From positions 1,240,001 to 1,304,000 of the forward strand of contig JABVCE010000002.1 of NCBI GenBank assembly GCA_014905635.1: a stretch of DNA of 64,000 bases, in the 5' to 3' direction. This DNA is from Scenedesmus sp. PABB004 (taxonomy: Eukaryota). This document shows, one piece after another, positions 24,151 through 35,603 of this stretch (position 1 is the first letter of the stretch; each line of letters opens with the position of its first letter). The notes under the pieces are model-generated. The model was not told where the DNA came from. It made no database searches and saw only the letters and a program-made list of their open reading frames with translations. Both the position numbers and the translations under genes were made by a program.

Positions 24151-27100
24151 ATGCGCGCCGGCTTCCTTGGCGGCCCGGCGGCCGCCCGGGCCGCCGCTCC
24201 GCATCATGCCCCGGCAGCGCCCGCCGGCGCGGCAGCGTCGCCGCCGCCCGCGCCGGCGCGTGCAGCGGCGCCGGCGCCGCTCGCCGGCGGCGCCGGCGAG
24301 CGCAGCAGCGACGCGTGGCAGCAGCAGTGGCGCGCGTGCCTGGAGCTGCTGCGCTCCGACGTGGACGAGAAGAAGTTTGTGGGCCTGCTGCTCGTGACCA
24401 AGCTCCTGCCCGCCGGCCGGGACGGGGGAGTCGCGGAGGTCCTGGACGCGGTGGGCTGGGCCTTCGTGCAGCGCCTGCTGCTGCCCCTCAGCAGCGCGGC
24501 GCACCAGGCGGCGTCGCCGGCGCCCGACGACGCGCGGCTGCAGCAGCAGCACCTCTCGGCGGTGCTCGGCCTCAGCATCCTCGCCGCGGCGTGCCGCCTG
24601 CCCGAGGTTGCGCGCGGCGACGAGGTGCTGTCCCTCACGCCGCTGCTGCTCAAGGTCGCGGCCGCGGGCGGCGTGGCGCCGCTGCTCCTCGCGGCGCCGC
24701 CGCCCGGCGGCGGCGCGCCCGGCGGCGGCGGCGACGGCGCCGCGGCGGCGGCGCCGGCGCGGCCGGCCTGGGCGGACCCGCCGGCCGAGGCGGCCGCGGC
24801 GGTCGACGCGCTCGAGGCCCTGCTCGCGTGCGCCGGCGACGGCGAGGCCTACCCCGCGCGCGTGCTGGCCGAGAGCGGCGGCTTTGCCGGGGCCGTGGCG
24901 GCGCTGGCCGCGGCGCTGCGCGCCCTCGACGAGGCCGGCGGGGGCGCGGCGCCCGCGGCGGCGGCGGCGGCGGCGGCCGGCGGGCCGGTCGGCGGCGACG
25001 GCGCGGCGGCCGCGCGTGCGAGCGCGCTGCAGGCGGTCATGCTCTCGACACGGCTGCTCAGCCTGGTGCTCGGCGGCCCGGGCGACGCGGCCGAGGCGAC
25101 GGGCCAGCGCCCCGCCGACGCGGCGGCGGCGGTCATGCTGCTGGCTCGCGTGCTCGGCGGCGGCCTCGCGGCCGCGGGCGACGGCGTCGACGGCGCGGCG
25201 CTGCAGCTCCAGGCGCAGCACGCGCTGCTGCTGCTGCTGCCGCTGCCTGAGCGCAGCGCGGCGGCCGCGCACCTGGCGGCCGCCGCGGATGCGGCCGCAC
25301 GCGGCGGGCCGGGGCCGCGCCGCCGGCTGCCGCCGTGGGCGCAGCAGCCGCAGGCCGGCAGCGCAGCCGCGGCGGCGGCGGCGCTCGCGGGCGACTGGCC
25401 GGCGGCGCTGCGGCGGGGGCTGGGCCAGGTGCTGCGCAGCCGCGTGGGCGCGGTGCAGCGCCACTCCGCGCTGCGGCTCGCCGCGGCGGCGCTGGAGCTG
25501 CTGGGCCCCGCGTGGCTGCTGCCGCCGGCGGCGGGGCCGCGGCAGCCGGCCGAGGAGGGCCCGGAGCAGTTCCTGCTGGTGCTGGTGGAGGTGCTGGGCG
25601 TGGAGACGCCGCTGCTGCTGAGCGACGCGATGAACCCCGACGCCACGGTGCCGCGCGGCGACCTCAGCATGGACGCGCGCCGCCCCGACGCGGGCGGCGA
25701 CGACGCGGGCGGCGACGGCGCGGGCGGCGACGTGGACGCCGGCAGCGACGGCGACAGCGACGACGACGACGCTGCCATGCAGGGCGCGCCGGGCAGCGGC
25801 GCGGCCGCGGCAGAGGCGGTGTCGGTGCGCGCCGCGCTGGAGCGGGTTGGGGAGCAGGGCGCGGCCGTGGGCGGGGCGCAGCAGGGCCCGCCCGGCTTTG
25901 AGCGCGCGCCCGCGGGCAAGCCGCTGGCGCAGCAGCTCGCGGAGCTGGCGCTGCCGCCCGACCGGCCGCCGGGGCCGGGGCAGCAGTCGGCGGGGCAGCG
26001 CGCGGCGGTGGTGCTGCCGGCCTGCTACCAGCTGCTGGAGGGCGTGTGCGAGGTGCTCGTCGACCAGGTGGCGCTCATGGAGGCGCTGGCAGACCTGCAC
26101 GGCGGCGCGGACGGCGGCCCGGACGGCGGCCGCGCCGACGCCGGTGCGGGAGGCGCGCCGGGCGGCGCGGTCTGGCCCCGCGCGCTGCCGGCGCTGGAGC
26201 CGGCGCAGGCGGGGCAGGTCATGGGCCGACTGCAGGCCGTCACGGGCGTGCTGGTCGAGTTCCTCGCCGCCGCGACGGCGCCGGGCAGCGGCGTGGACGC
26301 GCTGCTCGCGCTCGGCGGCGCGCGCGCGCTCGCCCGGTTCCTCGCCGACGCGCCGGGCGCGCACCAGGACGCGCTCGCGCCGCTGCTGCCGGCGCTGCTG
26401 CGCCTGGCGCTGCCGGGCGACGGCGGCGCGCCGGCGGGGACGGGCTTCCTGCTGCCCGCGCTGCTCTCCTGGACAGCGCCCAGCAGCGAGGCGGCGCAGC
26501 ACTGGGCGGGCGTGCTGCTCGCGCCTGGCGGCGGCTGCCTCGAGGCGCTGTGCGGCTTTGCGGCGGCGCAGGCGGCCGCCGCCGCGGCGGCCACCGCGGC
26601 CGCGGCCGGCGCGGGCGCGGGCGCCGACAGCGCCGGCGCGGAGCAGCACGCTGCAGAGGCGCGGCTCGGCCCTGCGTGCCAGGTGCTGCTGCAGCTGCTC
26701 GCCAGCGTGCCGGCGGGGCTGGCGCCGCAGCAGGCCGCGGCGCGCCTGCAGGACGGGCAGCTGGCGGCGCCGGCGCAGCTCCTGCGGGCGCTCGCGGCCT
26801 GGGGCGGCGTGCGCCGCGCCCAGGCGGCGGCGGCAGCGGCGGCGGCGGGCGCGCCGGCGAGCGGCGATGACGCTGTCGCGGCCGCGGGCGGCGCGCTGGC
26901 GGCTCTCGTGCGCGCGCGCGTGGGCCTGGCGTCGCTGCTGCCGGCCGCGGCGCTGGCGGGGCTGCTGCTGCTGCAGCTGGGCGCGGCGCGGTGCGCGCCG
27001 CTCGCGCCCGCTGACGCAGACGGCGCCGCCGCGCTGCTGGCGTGGGGCTGCGAGGCCGGCTGGAGCTGCCAGCTGGTCGCGGCGGCGCGGGAGCTCGCGG

Positions 27101-27393
27101 CTGGCGCGCCCGGCGCGGCGCCGCCCCCGCTGGGCACGGTCGCCGCCGCCGCGGCCGCCGCGGCGCTTGAGGCCTGGGCCGACGCGGAGCTTGGCGACGC
27201 CTGGGACGCCTGCCTGTCGGCCACGGCGGAGCTCCTGGTGGAGCGGCTGCCGCCCGCGGCGGCCCTCGCCGGGGCGCTGCGCGGCGCGCCGTGGGCGGCC
27301 CCTGGCGCGGGCGGCGGCGGCGCCGCGGGCGAGGTGCTCGCGTCCACCGCGGGCCTGCAGCTGCTGCGCGGCGCGCTGGCGGGCGCCGGGTGA
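24151..27393 (+). CDS. Neurochondrin-family ARM-like protein, apparently intronless
   Basis: N-terminal WRACLELLRSDVDEKKFVGLLLVTKLL, VLDAVGWAFVQRLL, LGLSILAAACRLPEVA, LRRGLGQVLRSRV, FLLVLVEVLGVE, ARALARFLADAP, FLLPALL match the neurochondrin pattern; single 1080-aa ORF. Confidence 0.82.
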   Translation: MRAGFLGGPAAARAAAPHHAPAAPAGAAASPPPAPARAAAPAPLAGGAGERSSDAWQQQWRACLELLRSDVDEKKFVGLLLVTKLLPAGRDGGVAEVLDAVGWAFVQRLLLPLSSAAHQAASPAPDDARLQQQHLSAVLGLSILAAACRLPEVARGDEVLSLTPLLLKVAAAGGVAPLLLAAPPPGGGAPGGGGDGAAAAAPARPAWADPPAEAAAAVDALEALLACAGDGEAYPARVLAESGGFAGAVAALAAALRALDEAGGGAAPAAAAAAAAGGPVGGDGAAAARASALQAVMLSTRLLSLVLGGPGDAAEATGQRPADAAAAVMLLARVLGGGLAAAGDGVDGAALQLQAQHALLLLLPLPERSAAAAHLAAAADAAARGGPGPRRRLPPWAQQPQAGSAAAAAAALAGDWPAALRRGLGQVLRSRVGAVQRHSALRLAAAALELLGPAWLLPPAAGPRQPAEEGPEQFLLVLVEVLGVETPLLLSDAMNPDATVPRGDLSMDARRPDAGGDDAGGDGAGGDVDAGSDGDSDDDDAAMQGAPGSGAAAAEAVSVRAALERVGEQGAAVGGAQQGPPGFERAPAGKPLAQQLAELALPPDRPPGPGQQSAGQRAAVVLPACYQLLEGVCEVLVDQVALMEALADLHGGADGGPDGGRADAGAGGAPGGAVWPRALPALEPAQAGQVMGRLQAVTGVLVEFLAAATAPGSGVDALLALGGARALARFLADAPGAHQDALAPLLPALLRLALPGDGGAPAGTGFLLPALLSWTAPSSEAAQHWAGVLLAPGGGCLEALCGFAAAQAAAAAAATAAAAGAGAGADSAGAEQHAAEARLGPACQVLLQLLASVPAGLAPQQAAARLQDGQLAAPAQLLRALAAWGGVRRAQAAAAAAAAGAPASGDDAVAAAGGALAALVRARVGLASLLPAAALAGLLLLQLGAARCAPLAPADADGAAALLAWGCEAGWSCQLVAAARELAAGAPGAAPPPLGTVAAAAAAAALEAWADAELGDAWDACLSATAELLVERLPPAAALAGALRGAPWAAPGAGGGGAAGEVLASTAGLQLLRGALAGAG

Positions 27394-27926
27394 GCTTGCC
27401 GGCCACCGGCAGCGGCGCCGCCACTGCGACAACTTGCGCCGAGTGCACGGCGGGGGTGGGCGCCGGGCAGCAGGCGCGCCGCCGCCGTGCTGCGCCGGTC
27501 GCGCACCCAAGCCGCAGCGCCGCGGCGGTCGGCGGTTGAGCGGGAGGGAGCGGTGGCACTGCCAGCAGGCGACTGCGAGCGTGGACAGTTGAAGCCCAAC
27601 AGCTGCGCCGCCGGCGAAACGCGGGCGGCGCGCTTGAAATCTGACGGCGCCGCTGCCGCCGCTCCAGCGCGCCCCCGCCGCTCCCCGGCGCTCAGTTGCC
27701 GCGCGCTGAGACCGTCCCGCACCCCGCCACAGCACGCGGGCTGCCGCCCCAGCGCCCGGCCTCGCAAGGGCCGCTGCCCTCGCGCCCCGGCGCGTCGTGG
27801 GCCCCGCACCCCGGTACCGTGCGTTCCCGCACCCGAACAGCGCGTCCGTGGGCCGCGGCAGCGCCGCCGTCGAGCGAGCGCCCGGGCAGCAGCGGCGGCG
27901 CATCCCCCTCCACAACGCCGGCGGCG

Positions 27927-28919
27927 ATGGCGTCCTACCCCGCGGAGCCCTTCAAGCAGGCGGACAGCCTGCTCACCGGCCTGCTGGAGAGCTACCGCAG
28001 CTCCAGCGACGCGTCCGACATCGCCGACATCCAGAGCCTGCTGGAGACGACGGTGAAGATTGCGCGAGACCGCGAGTTCAAGGTCTCCGCCAGCATCAAG
28101 GGTGCGCGGCGCCGCCCGCCCGGCGGCCGCGACGGCGGCGGCGGCGCGGCGGTGGGGACGAGGGCCGCAGCGCAGGCCGCGGCCGCCAGCCGCTGGCAGC
28201 GCCGCCGGCAACCGCCGTGCGCGCGCGTGCGCGCCGGCGCAGAGCTGTCGCACAAGGTCACGGAGCTCGAGGCCGCGGCGGTGTACAGCGACGCCAAGGC
28301 GGCGCACGAGGCGCGCATGGCCCAGATCAACAAGGCCATCGCCGAGGTGCAGCTGGAGGTGCAGCAAGTCAGCGCCGACATAAGATGAGCCGGCGCTCGC
28401 GCCGCGCCGCCCGCCCGCACGCCCGCGCGCGCGTGGCCGGCCCGGCGGCCAGCAGCAGACCAGCGGCGCCCGCCCGCGCTGACGCCGCGGCGCTGCCGCC
28501 GCCGGCCGCGCGCACAGGCGCGAGCGACCAGCAGGAGGGCCTCAAGGCGCGGCAGCAGCAGCTGCAGGCAGACAGGGAGCAGCTGGCGGAGCTGCAGCAG
28601 GTGGTGGAGCCGGACATGCTGTGAGTGGACTCGCCGCGCGCGCCGCAGCGCCCACCCCCCGCAGCGTGGCGCGTGACGCGTTGCCCGCCCCGCCCCTGCC
28701 CTTTGCCCGCGCCCCGCGCGCCGCAGCAAGCGCATCTCCCTGTACGCCCACATCAGCGGCCTCGGCTTTGACTACGCGACCCTGGCGCAGCCGCTGCTGC
28801 GCGCCACGGTGTCGGACACCGCCGCCGCCGACATCCGGCGCGTCGAGTTTGACACCGCCGCGCCGCCGCTGGAGGCGGTCAACGCGCTGTGGGCGGACAT
28901 CCCCGTGCCGCCCGTCTGA
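27927..28919 (+). CDS. SPC24: Kinetochore protein Spc24-like (NDC80 complex)
   Basis: Coiled coil followed by KRISLYAHISGLGFDY...DIRRVEFD..PLEAVNALW, the RWD-like tail typical of Spc24. 4 exons; intron 2 is non-canonical (see findings). Confidence 0.65.
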
Positions 28920-29090
28920 CCCGTGGCGGCCCGGCCGGCGGCGCCGCGGCGCTGACGCCGCGCTGCATGTACCACCAAACAAGGCTTGCAAGGCACTTGC
29001 GAGCTGGGCAGCTCGGCCCAGGAGCGCGCGGGCGGGCGGGCGGGCGCCGCGGGGGCCTCGGGCGGAGGCGTCCGCCGCCGTTGCAACGAC

Positions 29091-29866
29091 CTAGCTCGCC
29101 GCGGCGCGGCGCGTCTCCGCCGCCTCCGCCGCGATCGCCGCCACGCGCGGCCCAAACTCCGCGGCGACCTCCTCGTACACGGCGCGCTTGAAGCCGATGA
29201 CCGCCCCGGGCAGCTCCTCCAGCGGCGCCCAGCGCCACGCGCGGAACTCGCGGTGCTCCGTGTTGAGGTCCACCTCCGCGTCGTCGCCGGTGAAGCGCAA
29301 AAGGAACCAGCGCTGCGCCTGGCCCTTGAAGTGCGCCCACTCGCCCCACAGCCTGCTGCGCACGTCGGGAGGAAAGTCGTACGTCAGCCACCGCGGCAGC
29401 TCGGCCACGACCTCGACGCTGGTGATGCTGGTCTCCTCCTTGAGCTCCTGCGGCGGCGCAGCGGGCGAGCGGGTCAACATGCGCGGCAGCTCCTCGGCCG
29501 GTGGCCAGCGGCCAACACGGTGTGCGGCAGCCAGCGGCGGCGGCCCGCGGCCAACACGCCGCGCACCCGCAGCGCCGCCGCGAGTGCGCTCGTCTCGTGG
29601 GGGTCGATGCCGCCCTGGGGCATCTGCCACGCCGCCTTGCGACCCGTGTCCTTGGTCCGCTGCGCCGCAAAGACCAGGCCCGCCGAGTTCACGACGCACA
29701 CGCCGACGTTGGGCCGATAGTCCGCGAGCTCCTCCGGCAGGAGCGGCACCGGCTGCGCGCCGCCGGCGGCGTCATGTGCACGGCCAGTCAACCGTGCTGG
29801 CGGCGCTATGCGGGACATTTGGAGGCCCCAGCCGCCCCTGGCCAGCTGACTCGGCCGCAGCAGCAT
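29091..29866 (-). CDS. Nudix hydrolase, RppH / plant Ap4A-hydrolase (NUDT25-27) class
   Basis: [32 protein letters not shown] Nudix box, [36 protein letters not shown]. Confidence 0.92.
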
Positions 29867-30269
29867 GCGGCGCGTCGGGCCGGGCGCGGCGGCGCTCGCG
29901 CGGGTGGCACCGGCTCCGACAGCGGCGGCCGAGGGTTCAGCGGCCGAGGGGTGCCACCGCGACGCGCACGGACGGCTTCGCAGCTTCACGCGGAGGGCGG
30001 GGCGGCTTGGCAGCCTGCGCAGCGACGAGGCACCGCGGCGCAGCAGCAGCAGCAGCGGCGGCGGCGGCGGCGGCGGTGACCGCGGCGCGGTCGGCCTGCT
30101 GGTGCGGCAGTCGCGGGCGGCTGCTCGCGGGACAAGGTCGGGTGCTCGCACTGACGCGGGGGGCGCAACTGGCAGAAGTCACCGGCGCGGCGTGCGTGCC
30201 GCCGTCACACCCCAAGACCCAACTCTGCGCCGCCACCGCGCAACTCCCAGCAACGGCCGCCGCCGCCGC

Positions 30270-31312
30270 TCAGCTCTCCAGCTGCACCATGTACTGCGCC
30301 AGCTGCTGCAGGGCGTTGAAGCCGTCCAGGTCCGGGTCGTCCGGCGCGGGCGCGGCCGGCGCGTAGCAGCCCGACTCCATGTCGTGCCGCCAGCCCGCGC
30401 CCTCGACGAGGTGCCCCACCTCGCCCTCGCTCACGCCCAGCAGCTGCGCCGCCTTGGCGGGCGAGACGAGGGAGTAGCTCTCGCTCAGCAGCGCGAGCAT
30501 CTCCGCCCGCGTCTTGGCCACGAGCGCGTCCACAAACGGCCGCACCTGGCGGGCGCGCCGCGGCGGCGAGCGGCGCGGCGGCCGCGCGTGAGGCGCGCGC
30601 GGCCGCGGCTGGCCGCGGCTGGCGCGGCTGGCCGCGGCTGGCCGCGGCGCCGTGCCACCGCGCCGCGCCGGCGGCGGCGCCCCGAGCGCGCCGCGCGCGC
30701 CGCGCGCCTGCCCGCTCCACTGGTAGCCCTGCAGCGCCTGCCAGATGCCGGCGTACTGCTTGTTCCAGTAGTACTGCAGCAGCCGCCACACCGCGTTGAG
30801 CTCGGCGTTGTCCTGCGAGCGCGGGGCGGGCGACGCGGGCGCGGTGAGCGCCGCCGCCGCCGCGGCCGAGCGGCGCGCGCCGCGCCGCGCGCCGCCCCGC
30901 GCCGCCTGCGCACCCGCTTGACCTCGGCCGGCAGGCGCTTCCACAGGAAGCGCGCGTCCTCGCTGCGAGCGGCGCGCGGCCGGCGTCGGCGCTGCAGCGG
31001 CAGCCCGCGCCAGCATGCGCCAGCATGCGCCCGCGCGCGCGCGCGGCGCGCTCACAGCTGCTGGTTGTAGATGAGCCCCAGTACGTGCAGCGCGTGCGGC
31101 CACTCGTTCAGCACGTCCGGGTTGCCCGACTGCGGACGCGCACAGCAGCGGCGGCGCCACGGCTCGCCGCGCCGCGGGCGCCGCGCGGCAGCGGCGGGCG
31201 CAGCGCCCGATCTCGCGCTCACCTCCAGCTCCGCGGCGTCGAGCAGCGGCGCCACGCGGTCCCACTGCTGATTGACCAGCGCGAGCTGCAGCGCCGCGTC
31301 GACCGCCGCCAT
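30270..31312 (-). CDS. CSN8: COP9 signalosome subunit 8
   Basis: WPHALHVLGLIY, DARFLWKRLP, ELNAVWRLLQYYW, MLALLSESYSLVS..AQLLG, GW, LQQLAQYMVQLE; 5 exons. Confidence 0.88.
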
Positions 31313-31733
31313 GCTGGATGCGGCGAGCGGTGGACGGCGGGGGCCCGGCGCTGCCTGGATCGCTGCCCCCGGCGCGTCCAGGCGTGTGGGCAACGGCGCC
31401 CGGCGGCCTGGTTGCGGCTCCGGCGCGAGCAGCAGCAGCGACGAGATGGATGCGACCGCGAGGCGGGCGCTGCGCAGCGGGCGCGTGCGCGTGGCCGTTG
31501 GCCGTCACGAGGTAAGGCCGTCGGCTGTGGTCAAAGCGGGCGCGCGGCGGCAGCGCCGGCGGCGGCGGCGCAGGACGCGCCGGCGCGTCCCGCGTCCCGG
31601 CGGCGTGAGGGCTCAAGTCTCGTGCGTGGCGTCCCGCTGCCAGTCCCGCTCTCGCCTCCCACACCACCGCACTCGGCGGCGCCGAGTCGCACGCCTAGCC
31701 CGGCGGCCGTGCTTCGCGGCGTGACCACCAGCG

Positions 31734-33590
31734 ATGGCCGCCGTGGTGCCGTCCCCGGCAGACGTGGCGGCGGCGCTGGCCGCGGCGCGCGGCGGCGGCG
31801 GCGGCGGGACGGGCGGCGGGCCGCTGCCGGCGGGGCTGGACCCTGCCATGATCCTGGCGCACGCGCGCGACGACAAGGCAGCTGAGATCCGCGCCGTCAT
31901 TGCGGCGGGCGTGCCGCCCGGGTGGTGCAACCGGATGGGCCAGACCGCCCTGCACGTCGCGGCGCTCTGGGGCAACGCGACGGCGATCCGCGCCCTGCTG
32001 AGCTGCGGCGCCGACGTCGGCGCGCGCAACGCGCGAGGCACGACGCCGCTGCACTTTGCGGCGGCGGCGAAGAAGGACGCGCTGGCGGTCTGCCAGCTCC
32101 TGCTCGCGCACGGCGCCGACCCCAACGAGCAGGGTGCGGCGCGCGGCCGCACCGCGGCGCCGCCGCGCAGCCCCCGCGCCGCTCACTTGGCCGCCGCCCG
32201 CCCGCCCGCCCGCCCGCAAGATGACTTTGGATACCTGCCGCACGAAAACGCTGAGAGCCCGGAGGTGCGCCTGCTGCTGGGCGGCCCCGACCAGCGCCTC
32301 TTTGACTGCGCCGCGGCGGGCCAGCTGGACGAGCTGCGGCAGCTGCTCGCGTCGGGCGAGGTGGGCAGCCTCAAGGTCGTGGACGATGAGGGGCGCCACG
32401 CGCTCAACCTCGCGGTCCAGGGCGGGCACGACGACGTCGCGCAGGCGCGCGGCGCGCGGCGCCCGCGCCCGGTGGCGGGCGGCCCGCGCGGCGCGGCGCC
32501 GCCGCCGCGCCGCGCGCTCACGCCCCGCGCCGCGCCGGCCGCGCCAACTGCCGGCACGCCGGCGCGCTGCTGCTGGGGGGCGCAGCTGCTGATGCGCGCC
32601 GACCCGGAGCTCGCGACGCTGCCAGACATGACCGGCAACACGCCGCTCCACCACGCGGCCGCGACCGGCAACGCGGCGCTCGTGGAGCAGCTTCTGCGCT
32701 GCAAGCCGGAGATCAACATGCAGGCGCGCGACACCGGCGGCGCGGGCGGCCGGCGCCCCCGGCACGGCGCCGCGCCCCGGCGCGCCACCCGCCCGCGCGC
32801 CGCCGACGCCGCGCGCCGCCGACGCCGCGCGCCGCCGCCCGCCGCTGCTCGCGCGCCCAAAACCCAACAGAACCTCAACATGTGTGCCTACAGTGCGGGC
32901 AACTGGGCGTCTGGCGGCGAGGCCGTCCTGCCGGTCAACGCCACGCCGCTGCACCTTGCCGTCGAGGCCGGCGACGCGGGCATCGTCCGCGCGCTGCTGG
33001 CGGCGGGTGCGGCCCGGCATGCGGGCGGGCGCGTGCGCGCCGCGCGGGCGGGCGCTGGCCCGCGCCGACGTGCGGCGCCCGCGGTGCCGCGCCGCGCAGG
33101 CGCCAAGCCAGGGCTGCTCAACTACGACGGCGCGGCGCCGCTGCACATCGCGCTAGAGGAGCAGGACGAGGAGTGCGTGGCGGCGCTGCTCGCCGCGGGC
33201 GCGGACGCCAACAAGGCCTCCAAGGACGCGGCGAGCCCCCTGCACTCGGTCGCGGCGCGCGGGCCGCTGCGGCTGCTGGAGCTGCTGCTCGGCCACGGCG
33301 CGGACGCGGGCGCCGCCGACGACAAGGGCTGGACGCCGCTGCACCTCGCGGCGCGCGCGGGCAACGCGGCCAAGGTGCGGCGCCTGCTCGACGCGGGCGC
33401 GCCGCCCGGCGCCGCCAACGCCCAGGGCAACACGGCGCTGCACCTCGCCGCCGTCAACGGCCACGCCGAGGCCGTCGAGCTGCTGCTCGCCGCGGGCGCG
33501 GACGCGGGCGCGGCCAACGGCGAGGGCCGCCGCGCGGCCGACATGGCCAAGACGCCGGCGCTGCCGGAGCTGCTGCGGCAGAGCGGCTGA
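31734..33590 (+). CDS. Ankyrin-repeat protein (5 exons)
   Basis: Repeated GQTALHVAA, GTTPLHFAA, GNTPLHHAA, TPLHLAV, GWTPLHLAA, GNTALHLAA. Predicted introns 32134-32220, 32445-32585, 32724-32870, 33007-33099. Confidence 0.9.
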   Translation: MAAVVPSPADVAAALAAARGGGGGGTGGGPLPAGLDPAMILAHARDDKAAEIRAVIAAGVPPGWCNRMGQTALHVAALWGNATAIRALLSCGADVGARNARGTTPLHFAAAAKKDALAVCQLLLAHGADPNEQGAARGRTAAPPRSPRAAHLAAARPPARPQDDFGYLPHENAESPEVRLLLGGPDQRLFDCAAAGQLDELRQLLASGEVGSLKVVDDEGRHALNLAVQGGHDDVAQARGARRPRPVAGGPRGAAPPPRRALTPRAAPAAPTAGTPARCCWGAQLLMRADPELATLPDMTGNTPLHHAAATGNAALVEQLLRCKPEINMQARDTGGAGGRRPRHGAAPRRATRPRAADAARRRRRAPPPAAARAPKTQQNLNMCAYSAGNWASGGEAVLPVNATPLHLAVEAGDAGIVRALLAAGAARHAGGRVRAARAGAGPRRRAAPAVPRRAGAKPGLLNYDGAAPLHIALEEQDEECVAALLAAGADANKASKDAASPLHSVAARGPLRLLELLLGHGADAGAADDKGWTPLHLAARAGNAAKVRRLLDAGAPPGAANAQGNTALHLAAVNGHAEAVELLLAAGADAGAANGEGRRAADMAKTPALPELLRQSG

Positions 33591-33808
33591 GGGGCGATGG
33601 CGCGGCGGTTGCTTGTGTGTGTGAACCTCGCAGAGCGCATGCGCGCCCCCGCCGCCCCAGCTGCGACGACTCCGGCTGAGCACTGCTCCCCCCTCCCCCT
33701 CGCTCTCTCGCGCTCGCTCGGGACCCAGCCACGCCGCGCGCGCTTTGCAGCGCGGCGGCGCCCAAAGACCCGCGCCGCAGCCGCTCACGCCGCCGCCGTC
33801 GCGCGCGC

Positions 33809-35349
33809 CTAGGCCGCCGTGAGCTCCTCGCTCACCGCCCAGAGGCGCTCCGCGACGCGCGTGTCGTACGACGCGGCGTTGCTCGGCACAGGACGGCAGT
33901 TATCGAAGTACTTGCCGCTGACGCCCTCGACCTCAGGGCTGGAGGCGAGGTAGATGCTCGTGAGCGCGCCCTGCGCGGGCGGCGTAGTCAACGCGGGCGC
34001 CGCGGGCAGCGCACGGCGCGGCGTGGGGGGCTGCCCCCCCCCCCCCCCACACACACACACACACGCGCGCACACACCCACCTGCTCTGGGCTCAGCGTGA
34101 AGGGCGTGGCGAGGGCGGTGAGCAGCTTGGCGCCGAGCGAGGTGGGGTCGTCCATCAGGTAGCGCGGCAGCTCGGTGCGCACGACGCCCGGGTGCAGGCA
34201 GTTGGCGGTGATCGCCGTGCTCGGCTGCAGGCGCCGGGCGAGCTCGTAGGTGAACATGATGTTGGCCAGCTTGGACTGGCCTGCGGGGCGCGCGCGCGCG
34301 CGAGCGTGCGGGGGCGGCGCAGCGCGGACGCCCTCGGCGGGCGCGCGGGCGGGCGGGCGCGCGGACGGGCGGGCAGGCGGGCGCGCGGGCGGGCGGGCAG
34401 GCGGGGGCGCGGGCGGGCGGGCGCGCGGGGGGCGGCAGGCGCGCGGCGCCACGCGCCGTAGGCGCGCCAGCGGTCGTAGCTGCGCTCGCTCATGAGGTCG
34501 TCAAAGTCGATGCGCCCAAACAGGTGCGCCGTCGACGCGACGTTGACGATGCGCACGGGGCTGCGCGGCGCGCGGCGGCGCGTGGCGGCGCGTGAGCCGC
34601 GGCGGCGGCGCGCGCGCGCGCGGGCCGGCCGCGGGGCGTAATCAGCCGTCAAAGCTCACTTGGGGTTGGCCTTGAGGTGGTCAAGCAGCAGGGTGGTGAG
34701 CAGGAAGTGGCCCAGGTGGTTCACGCCGAGCTGGTACTCAAAGCCGTCAGCGGTCGTCATGCGCGGGCAGGCCATGACGCCTGCGACGATCGGGTCGGCC
34801 AGCCGTGAGCGAGGCCGCGGAGCTGCCGCCGCCGCCCCCGCCGACGCGACGCCGGGGCCCTCTGCGGCGCGCCGCGCGGCGGCTCACCGGCGTTGTTGAG
34901 CAGCACGTCGATGGGCTTGCCGCCGTCGAGCCAGCGCGCCGCCATGTCGCGCACGCTCGCCCCGCTCGCGAGGTCGAGCTGGACGCTCGACACCGACGCG
35001 CCCGGCACGGCGGCCCGCAGCCGCGCCACCGCGGACGCTGCGCGCGCGTCGTCGCGGCACGCGAGCGTCACGTCGTGCCCCTCCGCGCACAGCACCTTGG
35101 CGGTCTCCCAGCCGATGCCTGCGCCGCGGCGGCGGCGCTTCCCTGGCCGCCGCAGCCTGGCAGCAGCGCGCATGGCCATCGCTCGCCGCCCTGTGGCCGC
35201 CCCGCGCCGCGCCGAACCGCGCCTGTGTTGCCGCCGGTGATGAGCACGCTTTTGGGGCCGCCGCCAGGCCCAGCCTGCGCGCGCACGGCCAGGCCCCGCC
35301 TGCTGCTGCCCGGCCCGGTCGCGGCGCGGCGCATCGCGGCTGCGGCCAT
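33809..35349 (-). CDS. Short-chain dehydrogenase/reductase (retinol-DH/Tic32-like), probably plastid-targeted
   Basis: [54 protein letters not shown] (YxxxK), [25 protein letters not shown]. Confidence 0.92.
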
Positions 35350-35603
35350 CGCGTGAGCTCCGAGACACGTGTGTGTGAGCAATCGGCATCCACTGTGCCC
35401 CTGGCGCGGTCGCCTGGTCGCAGCGGGGCCGCTTGAAGAGGCGGTCGGGCGCGCTGCAGAGCCCGCGCTCTCAAACTGAGCTGGCGCCCTGCATGCCGCT
35501 CCCCTGCGCCCGACCGCCCGCCCACACCTCACCAACGTCGCTGCTGTCCATCACAAGCACAAGCAGCGCCCGCCCCGCCGACAGCAGCGCGCGCCGCCGC
35601 GCG

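Noticed and set aside
23776..27915. Very long antisense and alternative-frame ORFs (e.g. 1379 aa here, 1012 aa at 35906, 903 aa at 6450)
   Set aside because: Arg/Ala/Pro/Gly-rich shadows of real genes; stop codons are rare at this GC content.
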